Shown: positions 12,307 to 23,379, numbered from the stretch's first letter. The stretch: 64,000 bases of DNA from an uncultured Gemmatimonadales bacterium (GCA_963828735.1 CAWHFW010000002.1:288001-352000), one strand, 5' to 3'. Program-made: numbers and translations. The notes: a model not told the origin generated them from the sequence alone.

Positions 12307-12741
12307 GTGCGCGAACGCAATCGGTTGGGCGGCATGCAGGTGCTCTGGTGGACCGGCCTCGGGCTCGGGGCCGGCCTCGTGGCGGGCTTCGCCTTGAGCG
12401 AGTGGGTCGGCGGGGTGAGCCGCGGCCGGGTCTCCGAGGCCGCCCGGCGTCTGCGCCAGCCCGCTCCTACACGCCTCACCCCCTCGGCCTCCGCCCGGGC
12501 GGTGCTCGCGGCACTCGAGGCCGAGCCCCGGCTGGCCGGCATTCCGGTGGAGGCGCTCGCGGTGGCGCGCGGGGTGGTCGAGCTGCGCGGCTGGGTGCCG
12601 TCGCGGACGGCGCGCACCATCGCCGGCCGGGCGGCGCTCGCCACGCCGGGCATCGAGAGCGTCATCAACAGCCTGCTTGTGCGTGGCGAGGACGACCTCG
12701 AGCGCACCCGGGACTCGCGCGCCACCGATCAGAGCGCATGA
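12307..12741 (+). CDS. Membrane-anchored BON-domain protein
   Basis: N-terminal TM; GVVELRGWV...PGIESVINSLLV; GAGGA RBS before the GTG. Confidence 0.85.
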   Translation: MRERNRLGGMQVLWWTGLGLGAGLVAGFALSEWVGGVSRGRVSEAARRLRQPAPTRLTPSASARAVLAALEAEPRLAGIPVEALAVARGVVELRGWVPSRTARTIAGRAALATPGIESVINSLLVRGEDDLERTRDSRATDQSA

Positions 12742-15415
12742 CCGAGCCGCTCGCCCCCCAATACAATCCGTCCGCCATCGAGTCCGCCCTCTACGCCTGG
12801 TGGCAGGAGCGCGGCTTGTTCTCGCCCGCGGGCACCGGCCGACCCTACGTCGTGATGATGCCGCCGCCCAACGTCACGGCCGCGCTCCATATGGGTCACG
12901 GTCTCAACAACACCGTGCAGGACGTGCTGGTCCGGTTCGAGCGGATGCGGGGACGGCGGGTGCTCTGGGTTCCGGGCACCGACCATGCCGGCATCGCGAC
13001 ACAGAATGTGGTCGAGCGCCTGCTCGCGAAGGACGGGCTCACCCGGTTCGACGTCGGCCGTGAGGCGTTCGTCGAGCGCGTCTGGAGCTACGTGGAGGAG
13101 ACCGGCGCCGCCATCCTCGAGCAGCTCAAGGCCATCGGCTCCTCCGCCGACTGGGACCGCACCTACTTCACGCTGGACGAGGACCTCTCGCGCGCCGTGC
13201 GCGAGGCCTTCGTCACCCTCTACGAGGCCGGACTCGTCTACCGCGGCCACTACATCATCAACTGGTGCCCGCGCTGCCTCACCGCCCTCTCCAACGAGGA
13301 AGCGGAGAAGGAGGAGACGGACGGGAAGATCTGGCATCTTCGCTACCCCCTCGCCGACGGAAGCGGGCACGTCACCGTGGCCACCACGCGTCCGGAGACG
13401 ATGCTGGGCGACACGGCGGTGGCCGTGCACCCCGAGGACGAGCGCTACCGCGACCTGATCGGTCGCGAGCTCCGGCTGCCGGTGGTCCATCGGCTGGTGC
13501 CCATCGTGGCCGACGATGCCGTGGACCCGGCCTTCGGGTCCGGGGCCGTAAAGGTGACGCCGGCCCACGATCCGGCGGACTTCGAGATCGGCCGCCGCCA
13601 CGGCCTCCCCTCCATCGACGTCATGACGCCCGAGGCACGGATCAGCCTCGCGGCGCCGGACCGGTTCCAGGGCCTCGACCGCTTCGACGCACGGAGCCGC
13701 GTAGTGGCGGAATTCGAGGCAGCTGGCCTGCTCGACAAGGTCGAGCCCCACCGCCACGCGGTCGGGCACTGCTATCGCTGCGACACCGTGGTCGAGCCGC
13801 GGCTCTCCGATCAGTGGTTCGTCCGCATGGAGCCGCTGGCCCGTCCCGGCGCTCGGCCAAGTATCGCGACGGGACCCTCCACTTCATCCCCGAGCGTCGG
13901 GGCGACGACTTACACCCAGTGGCTCGAGGGCATTCGAGACTGGTGCATCTCGCGGCAGCTCTGGTGGGGCCACCGGATCCCGGTGTGGTACTGCGAGTCG
14001 GAGCGCTGCGCGCGCGTCACGGTCAGCCGGACCGACGTCGGCGCCTGCCCTGCCTGCGGCGGCCCAGTGCGGCAGGACGAGGACGTGCTGGACACCTGGT
14101 TCTCCTCGTGGCTCGTGCCATTCTCGAGCCTCGGCTGGCCCGACCGCACGCCGGATCTCGCCACGTTCTATCCTGGGCACACCCTCGTCTCCGCGCCCGA
14201 GATCATCTTCTTCTGGGTCGCGCGGATGATCATGTCGGGCCTCTACTTCATGGGCGAGGTCCCGTACACGCACATGTATCTGCACGGCACCGTGCGCGAC
14301 ACCCAGCATCGCAAGATGTCCAAGTCGCTGGGCAACGGCATCGATCCGCTCGAAGTGGTCGAGCGCTACGGTGCCGATGCGCTGCGCTATTCGATCGTCT
14401 CCGGCATGTCGGTGGGCACCGACGTCATCCTCGATCCCGACGACCTCGAGGCGTCCTTCGCGGCAGGACGGAACTTCGCCAACAAGCTGTGGAACGCCGG
14501 GCGGTTCATCCTGTCGAACCTGGACCGCCCGCCCCGCCCGCTGGCCGGGGTCGCCGCAGCGCCGTGAGGCGGGACGAGCTTACGCTCGCGGATCGCTGGA
14601 TCATCGCGCGCTGCGACGCCACGGTGCGGGAGGCGACTGAAGCGTACGAGAAGTTCCGCCTCAACGATGCCGCCGCGGCCGTCTACCACTTCCTGTGGAG
14701 CGATCTGGCCGACTGGTACATCGAGCAGGTCAAGCCGCGCCTCTATGGCGATGTGCCGGGCGGCGACGTCGCGCGAGCTGTGGCCGCGCAGACGTTCGAC
14801 GTCGCGCTGCGCCTCCTCCACCCGGTGATGCCGTTTGTGACCGAAGCGCTCTGGCGGCGGTTCCCCGGGCGTCCGCACGAGGCCTCGATCTCGGTGGCAC
14901 CCTGGCCCGTGCCCGACGTCCGGGCCCAGGATGCGGCCGCCCTCGTGGAGTTCGGCGTGGTGCAGCAGGTCGTGGGCGCCATCCGCGGCATCCGCGCCGA
15001 ATACGGCGTCCAGCCGGGACAGACCGTGCGCGCGTTCGTCACCACGGACGGCGGCGGCCCGGCGAGGGCCATCGAGCGCGAGCGCGGCACGATCGTCCGC
15101 CTCGCGAAGCTCTCCGAGCTCAGCCTGGGCGAGAGCACCGAGCGCGTGGGGGGGCACGCTGTCCTTCCCGACGGCACTGCGGTCTTTGTCCCGCTCGGCG
15201 AGGCGATCGACGTCGGACGCGAGTGCGGGCGTCTGGGCGCCGAAGCCGAGCGCCTCGCCGGACTCGTGGCCTCGCAGGAAAAGAAGCTGAGCAACCAGCA
15301 GTTCGTCTCGCGGGCGCCCGCCGACGTCGTCGCGCGCGAGCGCGAGAAGCTCGTCGCCTGGACCGAGCAGAGGCAGGTGCTGACCCGGAAGCGAGAGCTG
15401 CTGGGGTGTGGGTGA
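12738..15415 (+). CDS. valS: Valine--tRNA ligase (frameshifted as assembled)
   Basis: PPPNVT..LHMGH, TTRPET, DWCISRQLWWGH, KMSKS, C-terminal coiled coil; frame breaks near 13845-13910 and 14550. Confidence 0.97.
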
Positions 15416-15447
15416 CGGGCTCCGAGCCCGCGAAGACGGCAGCGGGG

Positions 15448-16806
15448 ATGAACCGGGATCGCCCCGCCCGCGCGGCCACCCGTTTCGTCGCTCTCGTTGT
15501 CGCTGCCTTCGCCGCGTCGTGCGCGCGCATGGAGCCACCCCCGGGCGGACCACCGGATATCGCGCCGCCGCAGCTCGTCACGACCAAGCCGGACTCGCTT
15601 GCCAGCATCCCGAACTTCAAGGGGGATGTCGAATTCCAGTTCGACGAGGTGATCTCCGAGGGCGGCTCGCCCAATCAGGGGGCTGGCACCGGCGACCTGG
15701 AAAAGCTGGTCATTCTGTCTCCGACGACGCGCGTGCCGGACGTGAGCTGGAAACGGAGCCGGATCACTGTCCATCCGGCGGAGGGCTGGCGTCCGAACCG
15801 GGTCTACCGGGTCCAGCTGCTGCCCGGCGTGGTCGATCTTCGCCGCAACCAGAGCAAGCGCGGCACCGTGCTCACGTTCACGACCGGAGCCCCGCTCCCG
15901 ACGACCACGATCGACGGCACCGTGGTCGACTGGACCTCCAGCCGCCCGAGCTCCGAGGCCTTAGTGGAAGCGTTGCTGCTTCCCGACAGCCTGTCATACC
16001 GGGGGCTGGCGGATTCGAGCGGCCACTTTTCCCTGGGGCCGCTTCCGGCCGGAGAGTATCTCGTGAGGGGCGTGATAGACCAGAACCGCAACAACGTGTT
16101 CGACGCTCGCGAAGCCTTCGACACCGTGCGTCTCGCCAAGGGGAAGACAGCGGCCGGCGAGCTCTGGGTCTTCGTCCACGACACGACGCCGCCGCGAATC
16201 CAGGAGGTTGTGCCGGGCGACAGCGTGTCGGCGACGATTACCATGAGCCAGACGCTGGATCCCCGTCAGAGGCTCGCCTCGAGCGCCGTAACGGTGAGGC
16301 TGCTGCCGGACTCGACGCCCGTCCGCGTCACGTCGCTACTGCCTAAACCCGTCGACGACAGCCTGCACCGTACGGTCACTCCGGCGCAGGACACCCTCGC
16401 CGACACCGCGCACAAGGCGCAGCCGGGCATTCAGCCAGCCCCCGAGGCGCCACCTGTCAGGGTGCGGGGCGCCCGCCCGCCTGCGCGCACGGTGAACGAG
16501 CCCCTCACCAGCCGCCCGCCTCTCACCGATAAGCTCGTGGTCCGCGTCGAGCGGCCCTGGACGCCGGGGGCAAAGTACGAGGTGGAGATCCGAGGCGTCC
16601 GGAACACGACTGGCACTTCGGGCGACGTACGCGGTGGGTTCAGCGTGCCCAAGCCGCAGCCGACGGACAGCACGAAGCAGCACGGCGGCAAGCCTGCCGC
16701 GAAAGACACCACCAAGGGCCCCCCGGCAAAACGGAAGACACACGCGGATACGCTCAAGAGTCCAGCGGACACCGCCGGTCAGCATCTGGTCAAGCCGAAG
16801 CAATGA
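15448..16806 (+). CDS. Ig-like (Big_5-type) domain lipoprotein
   Basis: Lipobox AASC followed by PPPGGPPD..PP; Ig-like strands; low-complexity Lys/Asp/Thr-rich tail. Confidence 0.75.
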   Translation: MNRDRPARAATRFVALVVAAFAASCARMEPPPGGPPDIAPPQLVTTKPDSLASIPNFKGDVEFQFDEVISEGGSPNQGAGTGDLEKLVILSPTTRVPDVSWKRSRITVHPAEGWRPNRVYRVQLLPGVVDLRRNQSKRGTVLTFTTGAPLPTTTIDGTVVDWTSSRPSSEALVEALLLPDSLSYRGLADSSGHFSLGPLPAGEYLVRGVIDQNRNNVFDAREAFDTVRLAKGKTAAGELWVFVHDTTPPRIQEVVPGDSVSATITMSQTLDPRQRLASSAVTVRLLPDSTPVRVTSLLPKPVDDSLHRTVTPAQDTLADTAHKAQPGIQPAPEAPPVRVRGARPPARTVNEPLTSRPPLTDKLVVRVERPWTPGAKYEVEIRGVRNTTGTSGDVRGGFSVPKPQPTDSTKQHGGKPAAKDTTKGPPAKRKTHADTLKSPADTAGQHLVKPKQ

Positions 16807-18164
16807 CGGACCCCCGGCGGGACCTGCCCTCGGTTGACCGGCTGCTGCACGATCCCGGTGTCGACGGACCTGTTGCGCAGCGCGCCCCGGGGAGCGGTCG
16901 TCGCGGCGATTCGCGAGACGCTCGCGGCCGCGCGGACCCGTCGTGCCGGTCCACCGGAGGATTGGGCGGTGGAGATTCGCGAGCGCCTCATGGAGCGGCG
17001 CCGGGCCGGCCTCCGTCCAGTGCTCAACGCCACCGGCGTCGTCCTGCATACCAACCTGGGCCGAGCGCCGCTCGCGCCGGCTGCCATCCGCGCCGTGACT
17101 GCCGCCGCAGCCGGCTACAGCAACCTCGAGCTCGATCTCGACACCGGCACGCGGGGAAGCCGCACCGATCACTGCCGCGAGCTGCTCCGCCGCCTGACCG
17201 GCGCCGAGGATGCGCTCGTCGTGAACAACGCCGCCGGAGCATTGGTCCTGGCGCTCAACGCCGTCGCCGCCGGCCGCGACGTGTTGATCTCGCGCGGCGA
17301 ACTGATCGAGATCGGTGGGTCGTTCCGGATCCCGGATATCATGGCCCGCAGCGGCGCCCGCCTGCGTGAGGTGGGCACCACGAACCGCACGCACCTGGAT
17401 GACTACCGTCGCGAGCTGGGCCCGGAGACCGGGGCGGTGCTCACGGTCCATCGGTCGAACTTCGAACAGCGCGGCTTCGTCGCGTCGCCGGGCCCGTCTT
17501 CGCTCGCGGCTCTCGCGATGGAGGCGGGTGTCCCGTACCTGTTCGACGTGGGCAGCGGGCTGCTGGCGGACCTGCGCCCGTGGGGACTCGACTCCGAGCC
17601 GCGCGTCGTTGACGCGCTCGTCCGCCGGCGCGGGCCTCGTGATCTTCAGTGGGGACAAGCTGCTGGGTGGCCCGCAGGCCGGCTGCCTCGTGGGGGGCCG
17701 TACGCTCGTCGCGCGCTGTCGCGAGAATCCGTTCGCCCGCGCCATGCGGGCGGACAAGCTGACGCTGGCCGCCATGGAGGCCACGCTCGGACTGTACGAA
17801 GAGAGTGAGAGCGCGGTACGCGAGATTCCGGTGTTGCGCATGCTGACGCTCGATGCGACCGTTCTCGCCGCACGCGCGGAACGCCTCGCGGCCGAGTGTC
17901 CGGGCGAGCTCGAACGCCTCCGTCCAGGCTGGCGAATCGGCGGTCGGCGGCGGCTCCTTTCCCGGGGCGGTATTGCCTACCACCCTGGTGAGCCTCGATC
18001 CCGGTCCGCTCGGCGCCGACGGGCTCGCGCTGCGACTCCGCCTCGGCGATCCCAGCGTCGTCGCTCGGGTGGCTGGAGGCCGCGTGTTGCTCGACCCGCG
18101 CACGCTGCCCGAAGATGCCGGGCCCGAGATCCGTCGCGCCTTGTCACAGGCGCTCCAGGCATGA
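16803..18164 (+). CDS. selA: L-seryl-tRNA(Sec) selenium transferase (frameshifted as assembled)
   Basis: NATGVVLHTNLGRA, VNNAAG, SRGELIEIGGSFRIP, EVGTTNRT, FSGDKLLGGPQAG; +1 breaks near 16864, 17620 and 17910. Confidence 0.93.
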
Positions 18165-18712
18165 GCCTGCGGGTGGCGGTCTTTCTCGATCGCGATGGCA
18201 CCCTGATCGAGGACGTCCACTATCTCCGGAACCCCGACGAGGTCCGCCTGCTCCCCGGGGCCGCGGAAGCGGTGCGGCGGCTCAACGAGGCGGACGTACC
18301 GGCTGTCGTGGTCACCAACCAGTCCGGGATCGCCCGCGGGTTGTTGACCGAAGAGGACTACCTCGCCACCGCGCTGCGCCTCGACGTGCTCCTGGCGGAG
18401 GCCGGCGCGCGGCTGGCCGCCCACTACCATTGCCCCCACCTTCCCGAGGTGTCCGGCGGGTGCGAGTGCCGGAAACCCGGCCCCCTCCTCTACCGCCGCG
18501 CGGCCGCCGACCTCGGCCTCGACCTTCACCACAGCTGGTGGGTGGGTGATCGCGTGCGCGACGTCGCCGCCTCGGAACGGTTCGGCGGCCGCGGAGTGCT
18601 GGTCCTGACTGGGGCCGGGACGGCAGAGGCGGGCACCTCCGCGGCCCAGGGGTGGCTGGCGGTGCCCGACCTGGCAACCGCCGTCCACCTGATCCTCTCT
18701 TCGACGGTGTAG
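18161..18712 (+). CDS. gmhB: HAD-IIIA phosphatase, heptose-1,7-bisphosphate phosphatase type
   Basis: FLDRDGT, VTNQSGIARG, CPH..CECRKP, GDRVRD. Confidence 0.88.
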   Translation: MSLRVAVFLDRDGTLIEDVHYLRNPDEVRLLPGAAEAVRRLNEADVPAVVVTNQSGIARGLLTEEDYLATALRLDVLLAEAGARLAAHYHCPHLPEVSGGCECRKPGPLLYRRAAADLGLDLHHSWWVGDRVRDVAASERFGGRGVLVLTGAGTAEAGTSAAQGWLAVPDLATAVHLILSSTV

Positions 18713-18848
18713 TCGGCACCGGCTGGTTTCACGATCGGGCGGCCGCTCTGCGAGCAACTGGGCGATCGGCTCGGGTTCCACGGTGGGTCGGTCGCGGTTC
18801 CGCCTTCAGCATTTCCCTGCGCGCGGCCTGGGATTAGTTTCCCCGGCC

Positions 18849-19454
18849 ATGACGATGCGCGTGGCCGTGGCCGTCTCGGGGCGCGGCAGCAACCTCGAGG
18901 CGCTGCTGCGTGCACTGGGAGCCGAGGCCCCGGCGCGGGTGGTGCTGGTCGTGAGCAATCGAGCCGATGCGGGGGCACTAGAGCGTGCCCGCTCGCACGG
19001 CCTGCCGGTCGAAGTGCTGTCCGACCCGGCCGACGGAGCGGACTGGCTCGAGCGGTTGGCGCGCCACCGGGTGGACCTCCTGGTCCTGGCCGGCTACCTC
19101 AAGCTCGTTCCCGCCGTCGTCATCGCCCGCTACCGCGATCGCGTCCTGAACGTGCACCCCGCCCTCCTCCCGGCGTTCGGCGGACGGGGGATGTACGGCC
19201 ACCACGTGCACGAGGCGGTGCTGGCGAGCGGCGCGCGCGAGAGCGGCGCCACGGTCCACCTCGTGGACGAGGTGTACGACCGCGGGCGGATCCTCGCCCA
19301 GGGACGGGTGCCCGTCCTGGCGGGAGACACTGCCGCGACGCTCGCGGCGCGCGTTCTCGCGGTCGAGCACCGCCTGCTGCCCGCCGTCGTGCTTGCCGCC
19401 GCGGTGGCGGGCCACCCCGTCGCGCTTCCCGAAACCGTGGAGTCCACGTCGTGA
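18849..19454 (+). CDS. purN: Phosphoribosylglycinamide formyltransferase
   Basis: SGRGSN, LAGY, NVHPALLP, GATVHLV. Confidence 0.97.
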   Translation: MTMRVAVAVSGRGSNLEALLRALGAEAPARVVLVVSNRADAGALERARSHGLPVEVLSDPADGADWLERLARHRVDLLVLAGYLKLVPAVVIARYRDRVLNVHPALLPAFGGRGMYGHHVHEAVLASGARESGATVHLVDEVYDRGRILAQGRVPVLAGDTAATLAARVLAVEHRLLPAVVLAAAVAGHPVALPETVESTS

Positions 19455-19464
19455 ATCGTCCGTC

Positions 19465-20994
19465 ATGCCGCGCGCGCTGATCTCGGTCAGCGACAAGCGG
19501 GGCATCGTCGCCTTCGCCCAGGGCCTCGCCCAGCTCGGCTGGGAGATCATCTCCACCGGCGGCACCGCGACGGCTCTCCGGACCGCCGGGATCTCGGTGA
19601 TGGCTGTCGACGAGGTGACCGGCTTCCCCGAGCTGCTCGACGGCCGAGTCAAGACGCTGCACCCCGCCATCCACGGCGCCCTGCTCGGCCGGCGGGACAT
19701 GCCCGCGCACATGGCGGCGCTGCAAGAGCGCGGCATCGTGCCCATCGACCTGGTTGCGGTCAACCTGTACCCGTTCCAGATGACGATCAGTGGCCCCGGC
19801 GTGACCTTCGAGGACGCCGTCGAGAACATCGACATCGGCGGCCCGTCGATGCTCCGTTCCGCGGCCAAGAACCACGAGTTCGTGCTGCCGGTCGTGGATC
19901 CGATGGACTATCCGAAGGTTCTCGAGTTGCTTCGTCGGAACGAGCTCACGCCGGCGGTGCGTCGCGAATTCGCCGCCAAGGTGTTCGCGCACACGGCGGA
20001 CTACGATGCCGCCATCGCGGGATACCTGACCCCGCACGAGGAGGGCCTCCCCCGCCGGCTGGGAATTTCGATGGAGCGGACGCAGCCGCTGCGCTACGGA
20101 GAAAACCCCGGCCAGCGCGCCGCCCTTTACGTGACCGAGGAACCGCGCGGCATGCGCGACCTCACCCAGCGCCAGGGCAAGGAGCTCTCGTTCAACAACC
20201 TGCTCGACATCGATGCCGCAATGGCCGCGGTGGCCAACTGGAGCAACCGGCCGGCGTGCAGCGTCATCAAGCACACGACACCGTGCGGTGTCGCCGTCGC
20301 CGGCTCCGCCGTCGATGCGTTCCGCAAGGCGCGGGCGACGGATGAAGTCTCGGCCTTCGGCTCGGTCATCGCGTTCAACACGGTGGTGGATCGAGCTACC
20401 GCCCAGGCCATGAGCGACCTTTTCGTCGAGGTCGTGGTGGCGCCGTCGTTCCACGACGAGGCGATCGCGGTGTTCGCCGCGAAGAAGTCGCTTCGCGTGG
20501 TCGAGTTGCCGGTGAGCCGCGGAACGGGCTCGTTCGACTTCAAGCGGGTGCGCGGAGGCTTCCTCATCCAGGACTTGTTCCAGTTCGACCCCTCGGACCA
20601 GGACTGGAAGGTTGCGACCGACCGCCATCCCACCGAGCGCGAGTGGAACGACCTCCGCTTCGCCTGGGCCGCGGTGGCGTCGGTCAAGTCGAACGCCATC
20701 CTCCTTGCGCGAGACGAGGCCGCCGTCGGCATCGGTGCAGGTCAGATGAGCCGCGTGGACAGCGCGTTCATGGCGGTGCACAAGGCCCGGCAGGCCGGCC
20801 ACGACCCGGCCGGTACCGTGCTGGCGTCGGACGGCTTCTTCCCGTTCGGCGACAGCATCGACCTCGCCGCTGCTGCCGGCGTCACCGCCGTCATCCAGCC
20901 GGGCGGCTCGGTGCGGGACGCGGAAGTCGTCGAGGCGGCCAATCGCCATGGCCTCGCCATGGTGATGACGGGCCGCCGGCAGTTCAGACACTAG
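19465..20994 (+). CDS. purH: AICAR transformylase/IMP cyclohydrolase
   Basis: RALISVSDK, GRVKTLHP, IDIGGPSM, RYGENP, KSNAI, GQMSR, QPGGS. Confidence 0.98.
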   Translation: MPRALISVSDKRGIVAFAQGLAQLGWEIISTGGTATALRTAGISVMAVDEVTGFPELLDGRVKTLHPAIHGALLGRRDMPAHMAALQERGIVPIDLVAVNLYPFQMTISGPGVTFEDAVENIDIGGPSMLRSAAKNHEFVLPVVDPMDYPKVLELLRRNELTPAVRREFAAKVFAHTADYDAAIAGYLTPHEEGLPRRLGISMERTQPLRYGENPGQRAALYVTEEPRGMRDLTQRQGKELSFNNLLDIDAAMAAVANWSNRPACSVIKHTTPCGVAVAGSAVDAFRKARATDEVSAFGSVIAFNTVVDRATAQAMSDLFVEVVVAPSFHDEAIAVFAAKKSLRVVELPVSRGTGSFDFKRVRGGFLIQDLFQFDPSDQDWKVATDRHPTEREWNDLRFAWAAVASVKSNAILLARDEAAVGIGAGQMSRVDSAFMAVHKARQAGHDPAGTVLASDGFFPFGDSIDLAAAAGVTAVIQPGGSVRDAEVVEAANRHGLAMVMTGRRQFRH

Positions 20995-21005
20995 CCTCGG
21001 GGCTT

Positions 21006-23267
21006 ATGAACGCGACAACGCAGGAACGGCCGCCATATCTCTGGGCGCTGGCCACGTTCGCCGTGGTCCTTGCGATTTACCTCGTCACGCTCGCGCCGAC
21101 GACGGCCTTCTGGGACACGTCGGAGTACATCGCGGCCGCCAAGGTGCTGGGTATCCCCCACCCACCCGGTAATCCGCTCTTTGTCATCATGGCGCACACC
21201 TTCGGCCTGCTGCCGCTCGCGGGGTCGTACGCCGAGCGGATCAACCTGTTCGCCGCAACGACGAGCGCAGCGGCGGCGGGCCTGTGGTTCCTGGTGGCCG
21301 AGCGGTGGCTGCGCGGCATCGTGCCGGTGCGGTTGGCCCGCTACGCGGCCGCCTTCGGCGGTGTCCTGGTGAGCGCCACCTCGTGGACGGTATGGAACCA
21401 GAGCACCGTGAACGAGAAGGTCTATACCGTTTCCCTGCTCTCCATCGCGGTGGTCATGTGGCTGGTGGTGCACTGGGGAGACGACGAGCCGGGCCCCCAC
21501 CGCGACCGCTGGCTCGTGCTCATCGCCTACGTCCTCGCGCTCACCTCGACCAACCATTTGATGGGGTTTCTGGCGCTGCCTGCCCTGCTGGTTTACGTCG
21601 TCTGGACCGACTGGCGGACGCTCTCGCGGCCCTGGGCGATCGTGACCTTCTACGCCCTGCTGCTGGCCGTGAGCGGAAAGTGGATCGCGATGCTGCAGCC
21701 GGGGAGCGCCGAGGGCGGAATCATTCTGGTCGTGAGCCTGGCCGTGGCCGGGTACGCGCTCTGGCGCTCGCCCAGGGATCCGCTGGTCTACCTGGGATTG
21801 CTCGCGGTCGTCGTCGGCGTCTCGCTCAACTATGTGTGGCTGCCGATGCGAGCGGGGCAGTACCCGCCCATCAACGAGGGAGAGCCGATCGGCTTCTTCA
21901 GTCAGGCGCTCCGGGACGTGCTGAACCGCGTGCAGTACGGCAAGCCGGGGCTCACGGAGCGGCAGGCGACCTTCAGCGGCCAGCTCGGCAACTTCTGGCA
22001 GTATTTCACCTGGCAGTTCGCGCGTGACTGGGGCCGGCTTTCGGGCGTCGCGACAGCCGTCTTCGCGGTCCTTGGCCTGAGTGGGCTCGCGGCGCTCTGG
22101 AAGTCGGACCGGCGCGCCGGCATTGCGGGCATCGCCCTGCTCAGCACGCTGTCGGTAGGTCTCGTGTACTACATGAACTTCAAGTACGGGTTCTCGCAGT
22201 ACGCCGACCAGGCGAACATCCCCCGCGAGGTCCGCGAGCGGGACTACTTCTTCGTCGGCTCCTTCGCCGTGTTCGGGGCGTTCATCGCCTGCGGTATCGG
22301 CGCGCTGATGCAGAGCATCGTGGACGGACTGCGCGACCGCGGCTCGGTCAAGGCCCGGTGGGCGGTCGCGACCCCGGTGCTGGGCCTGGCGCTGATCCCG
22401 CTGTTCGGCAACCACGCCACCGCGAGCCGCGCCCACGAGACGATGGCTCGCGACTTCGCCTACGACATGCTGAACAGCGTCGAACCCTACGGCGTGCTCA
22501 TTACCGCCGGCGACAACGACACCTTCCCCCTCTGGTACGCGCAGGAGGTCGAAGGCATCCGTCCCGACGTGACGCTCGCCAACCTGTCGCTCATGAACAC
22601 CGAGTGGCACCTGCGCCAGCTCGCCCGGCGGCAGACGCCGGCCTTCGATCCGTCGCGGGCTGATCCGGTGTGGCGCGGCGTCCCCGTGCCCGCTCGCCCC
22701 ACGACCCCCGCGCTCAAGCTCGGCGTGGCCGAGGTGGACAGCCTGCCGGAGGCCATGCAGGTCCCGAACAAGGGCGGCGTGTCGCTCGACAGCATCCAGG
22801 TGCGTTTCGGCCAGGACGTGCTGCTACGCCAGGACCTCGCCACGATCTTCCTCATCCGCGACAACATGGGTGTGCGGCCGCTGTACTTCAGCTGGAGCGA
22901 CGGGGGATATCCCGACCAGACCTTGGGCCTCAGCCCCTATCTGGTGTCCGAGGGCTTCGTGCGAAAGCTCATGCCCACCGCGGTCCAGCCGAACGACTCG
23001 ATTTCGCTCAGCCAGGGACTGGGATACCTGAACCTCCGGCGCACCTCGAGCTTGCTCTGGGACGTGTACCACTGGAAGACCGCGACTCGCGCCCGCCCGT
23101 TCGGTTGGGTGGATCCGCCTTCGGGATCGATCCTGCAGCTCTACGCGGTGGTCTACGGCGGGGTCGCGCGCTCGTACGAGCCGGCGGGTGACACGGTAAA
23201 GGCGGCCAGGGCGGACTCCATTGCGCGCGAAGTCAACCGCGAGCTGGGCGGTCGCGCGCTGTTCTAA
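21006..23267 (+). CDS. DUF2723 multi-TM protein (TMEM260-like GT-C glycosyltransferase)
   Basis: FWDTSEYI...IPHPPGNPLF, REVRERDYF, GDNDTFPLWYAQEVEG. Confidence 0.88.
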   Translation: MNATTQERPPYLWALATFAVVLAIYLVTLAPTTAFWDTSEYIAAAKVLGIPHPPGNPLFVIMAHTFGLLPLAGSYAERINLFAATTSAAAAGLWFLVAERWLRGIVPVRLARYAAAFGGVLVSATSWTVWNQSTVNEKVYTVSLLSIAVVMWLVVHWGDDEPGPHRDRWLVLIAYVLALTSTNHLMGFLALPALLVYVVWTDWRTLSRPWAIVTFYALLLAVSGKWIAMLQPGSAEGGIILVVSLAVAGYALWRSPRDPLVYLGLLAVVVGVSLNYVWLPMRAGQYPPINEGEPIGFFSQALRDVLNRVQYGKPGLTERQATFSGQLGNFWQYFTWQFARDWGRLSGVATAVFAVLGLSGLAALWKSDRRAGIAGIALLSTLSVGLVYYMNFKYGFSQYADQANIPREVRERDYFFVGSFAVFGAFIACGIGALMQSIVDGLRDRGSVKARWAVATPVLGLALIPLFGNHATASRAHETMARDFAYDMLNSVEPYGVLITAGDNDTFPLWYAQEVEGIRPDVTLANLSLMNTEWHLRQLARRQTPAFDPSRADPVWRGVPVPARPTTPALKLGVAEVDSLPEAMQVPNKGGVSLDSIQVRFGQDVLLRQDLATIFLIRDNMGVRPLYFSWSDGGYPDQTLGLSPYLVSEGFVRKLMPTAVQPNDSISLSQGLGYLNLRRTSSLLWDVYHWKTATRARPFGWVDPPSGSILQLYAVVYGGVARSYEPAGDTVKAARADSIAREVNRELGGRALF

Positions 23268-23379
23268 GCTGAGTCAGCCGTCGCCCGTTCCCGACCATGG
23301 CCTCCGCTTCGGCTGACCCGAGACCCGGGGCAGGCAAAACGGGACGGTGGCTGTCGGGGCCGCAGTTCCGGGACTGACC

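Noticed and set aside
13845..14560. Programmed frameshifting or pseudogenisation of valS
   Set aside because: Essential gene, no slippery site, and indels cluster with those in neighbouring genes; sequencing error is more likely.
23272..23353. Alternative stems upstream of the arsR promoter as a riboswitch or MITE
   Set aside because: Lies upstream of the predicted promoter, single copy, and explicable as a terminator or by GC-rich chance pairing.
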